From positions 18,848,001 to 18,912,000 of the forward strand of contig JBHGNT010000014.1 in the NCBI GenBank assembly GCA_043228905.1: 64,000 nucleotides of DNA, in the 5' to 3' direction. Shown here piece after piece: positions 52,741 through 64,000 of the stretch (positions within the stretch are counted from its first letter, which is position 1; each line of letters starts with the position of its first letter). This DNA comes from Azolla caroliniana. Its lineage: Eukaryota > Plantae > Polypodiophyta. The position numbers were made by a program, and so were the translations under genes. Under the pieces are notes generated by a model. It ran no database searches and was not told the DNA's origin. It saw only the letters and a program-made list of their open reading frames with translations.

Positions 52741-55700
52741 AATTCTACAAAATTATTACAACAAATGATAGATTAAAAATCATGTTTAACACTCAATTAC
52801 AATGAGTAACCCCTTTAGCATAAAGTAAAACAATGGTAGGGTTTTTCATAAGTAGAAAAGGAAAAAAGATTAGGAGAAAGGTCCTCAAGTTTCAATGGCA
52901 TAAGCTCATGAACAATGGCCCTTTGACGTTTTGTTGGCATGCATAGGCATCCTCCTCTTTGAGTACCTCCTTTCTTCGTCTCTTGTGACCCTCCCCAAAA
53001 GAACCCTCAAATCCTCTCTCACAACCTACCCAAAAGAAGTTTAGTAGAAGGAGAAGAAGATGAAGAGAAGTGGCCCCCTGTCCACACTTACACCCAACAC
53101 CATACCCTAAAACACAACTCATGAAGAAGAAGTAAAATGTGATATGAATATCCAAACCCTAAAATCCCAAGAGGAGGAAAAAGAAGTTCCTCTTTCCAAA
53201 AGACAAACAATTAAAGCACCCAAAATAATCCCTCCCCTCCTCCTTTTATAATAAGAGAATAGGCTCACTACCGTATTAAATGCTTCCTCCTCCCCCTTCT
53301 CATTGAAAATCCACTCTCATATCCAACACTCAAACCTAAAACACAACTCAAGAAGAATATCCAACTTCAAAACTAATCTCTTTGAAAGACAAAAGCCCAA
53401 AGAGCCTAAAATAATCAAACCCAAAAGGCTCACCTACGCCCCTCTCCGTCTCATCCAGATGTAAAATGTGTAGATAAATCCCATATGTGCACATGCCAAG
53501 ATTTAAACCCTATACATTGACCTAGAAAATCCATAGCCTTCACCATTTGACCTTTTTTTTTGTTCGAGTATAGATATTTGCATTACTTTCTTTTGTTTTC
53601 CCTTTTCCTCTTTTTCTCCTTATTCCCCTTTTAGACCCGCCACATCACGAGAATGATGACACATCTCTATTAGGGCTCGACTAGTTGATCTCATAGGGTA
53701 GGTTACTTGAGATGTAGCTTGCAAGAATGATACCCTTGTAGGGTTTGAACTGGAAGAACGTGATGCTCATGATGAGAAAGTCCTTCACACAAGCCATTTC
53801 TTCTTCCTCGTAGGTTTCGTTTGAGCTCTCTACATTGTTTGGGTTCAATATTTGAGTGGTCTCTTATTGGCCAACAACTATTTTATGAATAGTCTCCTCT
53901 AGGCCTTTTATATTTCTTGTTGATGCGAGAAGGAAAGAGGAAATTTGGGCACGGTGACCTCTTTTGGTTGCCAAGCCTTCTTATAGTTAGTTGTAGGATG
54001 GTGGTTTCTTATGTTGTGCTTCTTTTTCTATTTAATTCCCACTTCATTTAGTCAATGATAATCAACTTTTGAAATGGTCTATACATTGGTAAGGTGATTG
54101 AGGATTTCGTATGACTCGTTCTTAAGTTGTTTCGATTTGAGTCTTTATTATAAGTTTACAATTGTGTCATGATTGACGATTAAATCCACGTGGGTGTTTT
54201 GTTATGCAAGTAGTTTTTGTTCCATTTCCTATCTAGTGTTTTGTTGTCGACTACTCTATTCTCAAGACTTTGATATGTTGTTCAAGAATCGATTTTTCCT
54301 CTCAACCATTTTCTGGATCTCTACCACTTGCTACCAAAGTTCTACATATTGAGGATTCATTTGTAATGCACTAGCGACTTAATGTTGAAATGATACCTCA
54401 CCCTTTGAGATCTTTCTTCTCTTGTGACAACCCTTGAATCACACTTCATGCTCGTAGTTGGGTGTTCTGGCTTTCATGATGCTAAAGGATATTATCCTAC
54501 ATATAGAAAGGAATCATTAACTATGTAAAAGGGGTTGTTCATTCTGTGTATAAAAACAATTGAGTATCTATTTGTCTCTCTTGTGATTGTTAATGTATAC
54601 ATATTGTATTAAGTAATTGGTATTCAAGTTAAGATTTAATCATCAGTGTCAACAAAATTGATTATATGAAAGATATCCCTTGGTCACTCCATCATTCGAT
54701 GTAACATGCAACATTGTACCTTGGTCCCAACATGAAAGTGAGATGTGACATCCTTGTTCCAAAAACCACATGAGACATAAAGTTGGGCAATCAACTAACA
54801 TACACATTACCTAGTTGTATCATTAATAGTTATAATACATTTTTTTATTCCATAACATAATTCAGAACCATTTGTACACCAATGATACCTTTACATTACA
54901 TAGGGTGGTCATTGGTCAACATGGGAAAAAATCTTATACGATCCACCTATTAAGGATATAGATCTCCACTACTATATGATTATGGTGAGGCAAGTTTCGA
55001 TGGAAGTGTTATTTGGGGGCATTCAATCGTACAATCGAGTACTACATAATATTGACCCAATAATGGTTTGTAGGAAAATGGAAATTAATTTTCTTGTAAG
55101 ATTTGAGGTTTCATAACAAAATATCCTTTTCATATAATGGAGTGCATCAAGGTCAAATATATGTTTCTCTTTATTTGCCATTGCATGTTAATATCCTATT
55201 GTTGTGAGGTAAAACTTTGAGTTGTGGATCCACTATATCGTTGGGGTGTTTATTTCAAAATAGAGATATAGTTCTCATTCAAAGATTGGGTTTTCGATGT
55301 AAAGAAACTCGTTAAAGCTAAGACATGATGATGGTTATGACATGGAAACTATGGTCGATACTATCTAAAATCTTTGGGGATTTTTATGGGTAAACTCCAA
55401 ATCATTATTTTTTGTGAAAGAATCTTTAAAGTTTAAAGTTATTGCTAATGGGGTTGTTAGAGGTTACATTGTGAGCTTAGATTCGACGCATAAATTTAGA
55501 AAGCTGCTTTTGGAGTATCTAAAAAATACAAGCACATTTCCATAACTTTCCTTGCATTATTCTAACCATTTAGCGTTGGTTACAAAATTAATGTTAGCCT
55601 GTAATATGAGCCTCAAAGATGATATAAAGACAACTACAAATAATTAAGTAGACCAAGAGGTATGGACCAATTAAGAACGCCAAAATTAGAATCAAGAGGT

Positions 55701-58189
55701 TTTAGGCATTAATGTCTCAAATTGACTTCACTTCTAAAGTAAGAAGAAATGGTTGAAACATCAAATGTTATTCAGAAAATACGCCAAGTGTATTGGATGC
55801 TCTCTAGTTGAGTTCTAGGCTTTTGTCGAACTAAATAGGAGAATTGTTCGAATACTTGACAATGGTCAATAAAACATTTCTCGTGGACTAATGTTATATT
55901 GGACATTATATTCTAGCAAATGCTTTCGTTCATAAGAAAAAGACAACATGACAAATTTTATGGTCCCCATGCTATTAGAGAAGGTGTAGTTGATGATTGA
56001 GAACTCGAAAATATATGTTTTCTTCTACACTGAAATATTGGTTGTGGAGGTGTTATAATAGGATGATTACATGTCAGATCAAATGCGTTGTACTCCATAA
56101 TATTTTATGTCAATGTTATTTCAAACCAAATATCATTTTCATCAAGTAGTCCCACTATTCTTTCACACATAAAAAATGTATCAATTTTGCGCATTAGAAT
56201 TATGATTGCAACTTATATTCATTCAATGTTTTCACATCAAAGTTATTGCAAACTATGTAAAACAGTACACATGTCAAGCCACTTACCATTGGAAGTGGAA
56301 AAAAAGCATTGTTGATAGTTTCATCTTATTGTTGCATTGTAGCTTGATAGTTAGCGATACAAAAACAAAGCATGAGTGGAGTCAATTGGATGAATGTGCA
56401 TTGTTATTAATAACTTTATGATCCTCGCTTGCAACCATTATCTTATTCATTACGGTGTTATGGTTTTAGCTACATTCAAACATGAGAGGATTTGGTGTAT
56501 CTGCTTGAGAAACACATATGTTTTAGGTTTTCAACTTTCACTTATGTTGATTCACTAAAACACTCTCGTGGAGAGAATGCATGCCCTTGTGCCATGGAAT
56601 ATTATGAAGTTTGGGTATTTCAGTCTTCGGTGAACATTTGAAATACACTTTCTCTCTCTTTATCTCTCTCTCTCTCTAACTTAATTCACATACATCTTCG
56701 ATGTGAGATTGCAAAATGGGAAACCTGCAATGAATCTAATTGACTATGTATGTTTCGTTTAGAACAATTAAACAAGTCTATCACACTTTGCCACTTCTCC
56801 ACCTTTGAGCCTACTTTCCCCACATGATCAACCATCACTTATCCCTACACATTTCACTCTCAATAACTATGTGCATTTTCAATTACAAGGGTCATTAGTA
56901 AAAAAAATTGACAAGGAGATTCACTTAGTGATTGCACACACACTACATAAAATGTTGTACTCGGCTTCCATAGGTCACATTTGACTTCCGTAACTATAAT
57001 AAAACCTACTTATCTACTATGTATATATCTCATATATAAGTTAATTCATCAATAAATTGAATTAATCGGTTGAAACAACATTTTGACTAATTAGAATTTA
57101 GGAGTTATATTGTGATTACAATATTTGATGACTACATATCTTTAATCACATTATACTTCACCCACCATATTTAATGTTTGATTATTAAATATTGGAGAGT
57201 TGGTCACGATTCTCGTGCTCTATGAGAATAAATGTACGACAAAAAATTCAAATCCATACCATATAAAATATGTATGAGTTTTTTTATTTTGCCTAGTCTA
57301 AGTAACAATAATGTAGGAGTTGAGATGTTATATGTAATTTGTTAAAGCAAATGGTTGATCTAATGATTACATGGCACGTTGTCTTTAAGAAATGGGCGAG
57401 CTCATGACAAGAGTATAAAGCACGATGTTATATTTTAAAGAGAGAATAAAGAGTTCTTGTTTGAGTCATCCCAAGTGGAGTCGCCATGATATTCATGAAT
57501 CATCATAATGTTGAGGGAAGGGGGTGGTAGGTATGCTTCCTCCACTTTGATTTGTGTTATAATGAAATTGTTTTGTCTACTATTTTCTAACCACACACCC
57601 ATGTATAATCTAGAGGAATAAATGGACTTGGAAGACTATCAATTAAACTAGAAAATGTGAGATTGGATATTGATATCATTCTATAGTTCTGCACTTTAAA
57701 CTGTACCAATTATAAAGGTGCATGAATCTCACGTTTTACAAGATACCTACTAGACCATGGTTAAAAGTGTGATGATGTTATACAAAACTAAGAGAGCACA
57801 ATAATGTAAGATCTGAATGGAAATCATGTATCCAATCCATGAAATCTGGTATGTCAACTAGCGGATTTGTGCCAATAGTGGTATTCAAATCATAGAGAGA
57901 GAGAACTAGGTTTTATTGTCATCCTCAAACATCGAGTATGACCTATGGGAGTCAAACAACTTCCCCTTTCAACAAGTTTTTGCTTATGTAACCATTTAGG
58001 CTTTACAACCCCCATCATAGAAGGTAATGTTTGGCTATCTTTGCTACTATAGTCCAAAGGAAACTTGGTTTCACGATTACTGGCCTAACCATATGGGTAC
58101 ATTATCCCTATAGGAATTACATTTATGTCCGTACGAGAATATTGTGATCCTTGTCATAATTTGTATTGTGTTTTATTTTACATAATACG

Positions 58190-58192
<3 letters not shown>

Positions 58193-58237
<45 letters not shown>
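58193..58237. repeat. (GA)n microsatellite
   Basis: Direct reading. Confidence 0.95.
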
Positions 58238-58242
<5 letters not shown>

Positions 58243-59477
58243 ATAATCATCCTCTTGAGGTCAAATATGACCTATTTGGCCAAAACAAAATAATTTCTGC
58301 ATGGTATGTGTGGAATCAAGTAGTGACTCTCAATGTTCAAGAATTTTATTGATGGGCATTGCAATCAATAATGCGCATTATGATTGTAATAGGAGTGTGT
58401 GTAGAATGTGGACTGAAATGAGAATGTGTGGAAAGCAAACTTGAATGTGGTTGAATGTACCAAAGTTTCATAGTTTGATTCTCCCACTTATTTACGGAAA
58501 AATATCCATAGTCAATGAGTTTCTTCACTAATGCCTCGGCGCCCCATGTCACATTGAAGAGAATGTAAGCTAGGTCATAATGAAGCAATGATGCAAATAG
58601 TGGAAAAAAGGGATGGGCATTCGGCTCTAACATATATCAACAAGTATAGATTCCTCGTTCTGAGAAAATGATGCTTTTATATATGAAACATTTGTGATAT
58701 AATATATGAAACATGACCTTCCATGTCTTTCCCAAGTTGTGATACTTCGGCATTGCAAAAAAACTCATTCATGAAGGAATCTATCAAGCATCATGAAGCA
58801 CACGTGATGTGTCCCATTTTCCCACTCGTTTCTTCATATCTTCCATCCATTCAAAACTCGAAATCTTGATTTTGTGTATCTTTTGTGTGAGGGCATGTTT
58901 TTAACCTCAATGGGAAGTGATCAAGTCTCAATAAGTAGAAGCATGTATGGCGTATGTGGCTTGATTTGAAGAAACTTTATGCATAAGTGCGTACTTTTAT
59001 ATGAGAGAGAGAGACGTGTGTTGTCCATAATGTTTGACCATTTATTCAACGGTTATAATCTACAATTATATTAAGATTTTGTGTACACAATTTGAGATTG
59101 GTCAATTAGCAACCATTAAGTGTCATAGTATTTCTCTACGAATTTGAGGTCCTCACATCTTCATGGCTCTTGCATGGGGATGGAAAGAGAAAGTCTAGAG
59201 TCTAAATTCAATCACCTACTAGAGCTTGGCTTGGTAATTGGGCAGAATGTTAGTATCACCATGTTGGCATATCGTGGCATTCAAAACCAACCACTTTGCT
59301 TGTTGTGTTGCCCTTTATTCTAAACATTGTGGCAACATTGTTATAAAGAGATAACTTATTTATCAACAAAACATCATATTTCTTGCAATGCACATCAATA
59401 ATTTCTATCATAGATAGTGCTTCATTAGCAACATGTGCATCGTTCACGCAACACGTTACCCCTTTGTATGATGTTGG

Positions 59478-60139
59478 TGTCAAGTGGTGGGTGTAGAATG
59501 CCAATCCCATATTTTATTGTGCACACAAGTATTTCCTTGATGAGCATGGGCTGCATTTTGCCTATTGTTAGAGACATGAACTAATGTAAGCATTAGATAA
59601 GGATAAAATATATATAGATAGATAAAAAGGAGAGAGAGAAAGAAGGGTGTCGATCCACCCGACCACCCCCGAGCAAAGGGATCAAGACGGACTCGAGCCT
59701 CGATCGGCGTCCCATACCACCGCCATGGCGTCGAGTCGTACTTGGTGCTGGCACGCTCGCTACAAGAGTTGACCCACCACAAGACAGAGTCTCAACGTAG
59801 TCAACCAGGTGATCAAATGAGGGTAGCTAGGCCTCTTATTTATAGCGATACCCAAGGCCTCCAGCCATGTTCACACTTGGCCTAATGGGTTGTCTCAATC
59901 CCGAGGATTAAAAGTAATCCTCCCCTTCTTTACAGTCTTGTTTAACCCTCACACTTATCCACGTGTATAAAATACTACGGTAAATTCAAACCACAGGGAT
60001 ATTATATGGTCATGCCTGTAACACCTATGGTGGCGAAGAAGACAAGACATGTTTCTTATATAGTGATCAAGGATGATCCTACAAACAAATTCCTTGCTTG
60101 CACCATTACTAACATCACTTGGAGAGCGATGTTGCAACA
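59478..60139 (-). mobile_element. Possible solo LTR
   Basis: GC-richer block with a minus-strand ctataaata box near 59837-59846; candidate TG...CA ends with ttgg on both flanks. A 4-bp match could be chance. Confidence 0.4.
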
Positions 60140-62384
60140 TTGGGCTTGTTAACCAATATATTCTTGTCACCCTTTTTGTACCTCCTGCATTTTATGTGGC
60201 AATGTTTAGATTGACAGATTGGAGTATGAGATATGGGTTATTGTTTTTATGAGATGCATGGAGTACCACAACAAGCACATAGTTTAAAAGGACGATTGAT
60301 ATGGTAGTCCACACAACTAAGCTTCGCTAGCATCTTGTCCCCATAAGGGCTAGCTTTATGTTAGCTAATGAACAACACCTTTGCATGGAATAAAGATCCT
60401 CATTGTGGTAGTAGGACCATCAAGATTTTTTTTGCATTGTCATGTTGTTATATATATATATATATATACGCATGTGTGTGTGTGCGTATTAGTTTTATCA
60501 AGAACAAGAGAGATAAGGGATTATTCCATGTACGAGGGGAACCTCAAGACTAAGGTGTTTGATGTTTTCACCATTCAAGTGCCCATTATTGTACACCATC
60601 CATGGTTTATCTTGATAGAGAGTCATCACAAGCTTAACCTTTATGTTTGGACCTATCGAAATTCAACTTACTCCATACATACTAAAGCTTTATGAGATAC
60701 TCATAAGCTTTTGTGCACCTTATAAAATATTTGCTAAAAGCATCAAATACCTATGTGTAACAAAACAATATGCTTTCATTCACATTGGTAACCTTTTCAA
60801 TGTCATCTAGTAGTACTATCTTGTCAATCAATTGATCCGATTCAACAATGCATAACCCACTGAGAGTTGGTGAAAGAGGCCAAAACTTTGTTGGTTATAA
60901 TAAGAGTGAGACTTTTTTGTTCTAGGTGTGCGAGGACAAGGGTGGACGAAATATGAAGCCAATGACACATAACAATAACAAATAACACTTTGGACTCAAA
61001 TGAAAGATTATGAAACAAACTCACATACCATACGAGAGTGTGACATTGTAAGTGAATATATGCCTTAGACATGCATCCTCCAATACCATGGATGAAAGAG
61101 TTTAGTCATTTCTTTCATGAGGGAAGAACCTTGTGTTTTCAATCAATGTTCAATGTTAGAAGTTGTTTTTGAGCCACACTATGCATAACAATGAGGCAAC
61201 ATTATGCAAGGAATCACGAAAGGTGAGGGGCAAGGGGCTACGGTGTTCAATGTTGCGAGCTTCTGTATGTGGGGGGCAGTGTGCTAATATGTGCAACGTT
61301 ATGAGAAAATTCAACACACATGTATGCAATGAGATTAGGAGCTTATGCATGTGGAATGTGGTATGGGGGTAAGGTACATACGGGCTTCTCTGTGTGAGAT
61401 AGTGAGGGGATAAGATCACAAGGTTTTATGAAGGAGCTTCTATCAGCGAAGGAAGGCATGCGATGTAGTTGTAAGGCCAAGTCTTTTGTAAATGTGGAGC
61501 GAGAAAGGTGCATTGCATTGTTAAAAATATACGAGTTTCTACAAGTGACATTAGTTGTTGGACTAAAAGTCTTACTCTACCCATTTGTCATTAGTGTGAA
61601 CATCCTTTGATAGTTAGGGCTTAGTTACCCAATGTATCAATAAGATGAACTCCTCTCAGTAAAAGACGGTTCGGCGGGATTTGAATAATACAGTCTTTCT
61701 CTTGTTAAACAATGGAACAATCTTTCACTCTCATTCTCTGTGTAACTTGTTAATGATTGAACAATATACTATGCTTGTTCCTACTAACAATATCCATATA
61801 CATATTTTGCATAAGTCGACCAACCTCACACAATAGTCAACCAAGGCACCATATAGTGCCATGAAGGGCGATAGGTTCACAATCTAATCATATAAAAGGC
61901 GAGGCTGCGATAGAAAACTCCACATGTAAAGTTACATAATGCTCTGAATAGCTTCCTGAATGAGCATGAATGCAGAGACTCTAAACAAAACGATGGGTGC
62001 ATATGAAGCCACAAATGCGGGGATGACAGAAGCATTATGGTTAACTCATGACAGAGAGGTCATGATGGTCTCATGAGACAGTACATGCATGCATGCAATG
62101 CATGCCATGACATGGTGTGTGTATAGATAGATAGACCCCCATGGGCCATACATAAATCACTTCATCATTCATCATTCATCATCATCATAATCATCAAACA
62201 CCAACAAGATTACATACAACATATCAAACCAAGGTAAACACACTGTACTACAACATTACATTATTACACTTGTATATACATATGCTTAACTTACTACATA
62301 CACATACCTATTACCACCACCAATAATATGAAGATATATATATATACATATATATATGTACATATGAGAAGAGACAGTTTTGTC

Positions 62385-62416
62385 CTCACTCACTCACTCT
62401 CTCTCTCTCTTTCGCT

Positions 62417-62468
<52 letters not shown>

Positions 62469-62600
62469 CCCCTCTCACATACATACATACATACATTCCT
62501 CTTATCACATCATCACACACACACACACACACCCTTCTCCCTCTTATCATTTGTCTCATGGGCCAATTTTGGTCTTAGAAGACAGTAAAATCTCTCTCTA

Positions 62601-62650
<50 letters not shown>

Positions 62651-62746
62651 ACACACGTATACCCCCCTCTCTCTCTATCACACACACACACACACACCTC
62701 TACCTCTATCACACACACACACACCCCTCTCTCTCTATCACAAACA

Positions 62747-62787
<41 letters not shown>

Positions 62788-62904
62788 CTCTATCTGTCAC
62801 ACACAAACACACACACAGAAACACACATCTATCTGTCACACACACACACACACATCTCTTTCTCTCTCACTCATTCATACACACCCCTCTGTCACACCTC
62901 TCTT

Positions 62905-62942
<38 letters not shown>

Positions 62943-62996
62943 AACACACTCACACCTCTCTCTTTCTCTCTCTATCTTTCACACACAAACTCACAC

Positions 62997-63066
<70 letters not shown>
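62385..63066. repeat. Compound (CA)n/(CT)n microsatellite tract
   Basis: Direct reading; explains the His/Thr-rich ORFs. Confidence 0.95.
62550..62600 (+). mobile_element. ~50-bp LINE 3' tail stub in the microsatellite tract
   Basis: tttgtctcatgggccaattttggtcttagaagacagtaaaatctctc closely matches 40285-40330. Confidence 0.7.
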
Positions 63067-63070
<4 letters not shown>

Positions 63071-63331
63071 CTGTAATGTACATAGAGTGTGAAAGCTCAA
63101 TCAAATGCTTGCCAGCCTGGCCTCTCCCCCCCTCTCTTTCTCTCTGCTCTTCCCCATTCTTATAACACAAACCTCCCTCCTTTCACTGCTCTTCACTGTT
63201 AAGCACTTCACCTCACTCACCTCCCTTCTTCTTCTTCTTCTTCTCTCAACTTGGAGCTTCTGCTTCCTCTGCTCTGCAGACCCTGCCCCCCCAACCTCTC
63301 TCTCTCTCTCTCTCTCTCAGGTATGTGTATG

Positions 63332-63339
<8 letters not shown>

Positions 63340-63362
<23 letters not shown>

Positions 63363-63700
63363 GTTTAGCTTAGTTAGATGATTTGCTCTCTCTTCTTTAT
63401 GTGTGTGCATTAAAATTAAAACCTTCCATTTCTCCCTGTTTTTGCTCTGTTTCTTCGTCTCTCTGTTTTTTGTTTGTATGTATGTATGCATGTAAGTGTA
63501 TGCTAGTTAGATGGTTTGCTCTCTTTTCTTTATGTGTGTGCAGTAAAAACCTTCCATTTCTCCCTGTTTTTGCTCTGTTTCTTCATCTCTCTGTTGTTTG
63601 TATATGTATGCATGCATGTAAGTGTAGCTTAGTTAGATGATTTTCTCTCTTTTCTTTATGTTTGTGCATTAAAACCTTCATTTTCTGCTCTGTTCATCTT
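63340..63700. repeat. ~130-bp imperfect tandem repeat, ~3 copies, probably intronic
   Basis: tgtaagt..gcttagttagatg.tttgctctc..ctttatgtgtgtgca.taaaa..ccttccatttctc recurs; follows a cag|gtatgt donor-like site at 63320. Confidence 0.8.
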
Positions 63701-64000
63701 CATCTCTCTGTTTTGTTCTGTTATCTTCATGCCTCTTTGTTTTTGTCTTCCCTGTTTCACACACACACACACACACACACCCTTTAGTTCTCAGTTCCAC
63801 AAGCTTTTCGTGTTCTCTTCCTGAGAGGCCTTGGTGTGTGATGTGGGTCTTTCTCTTTTTAGACCTTGGCCTCATATTTCATTTTCTTCTCCCATGTCTC
63901 TTACCCTGTCTTGTCTGTAATGTTTTACTGTAAAATGCTCCCCCCCCCGTCCCCCCCAAAAAAAAAGAAAAAGAAAAAGAAAAAAAGTTATGTCCTATTA

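Noticed and set aside
53600-58700. Possible decayed retro or DNA transposon coding remnants
   Set aside because: No motif or boundary could be identified with enough confidence to call.
60560-61620. Possible Mutator-like transposase relic
   Set aside because: Only a vague Cys-x-Cys hint; no TIR or catalytic motif found.
62380-63165. 261-aa His/Thr-rich ORF
   Set aside because: Translation of (CA)n/(CT)n microsatellites.

Overview
Eukaryotic land-plant nuclear DNA. A non-seed plant such as a fern is likely, inferred from the Tcn1-like chromovirus, the style of the PLS-PPR remnant and the microsatellite load. Three spliced genes reconstruct into intact frames: phospholipase D alpha (+, 3 exons, ~797 aa), a divergent EBP/sterol delta8-delta7 isomerase-like gene (+, 4 exons, ~212 aa) and a PIRL-type intracellular LRR gene (-, 4 exons, ~501 aa, first intron GC-AG). 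The rest is mostly nested transposons: L1-like and RTE-X-like LINEs, copia remnants, solo LTRs, a hAT-like element and a full-length decayed chromovirus. Structures worth follow-up are a Tf1-style self-priming PBS in the chromovirus, tRNA-like Pol III A/B-box modules in two dissimilar LTRs, a LINE with twin-priming inversion geometry, a 15-copy 157-bp satellite with higher-order structure, and a spliced ORF-less minus-strand locus next to it. All calls come from reading the sequence by eye; no searches were run, so novelty is not established.
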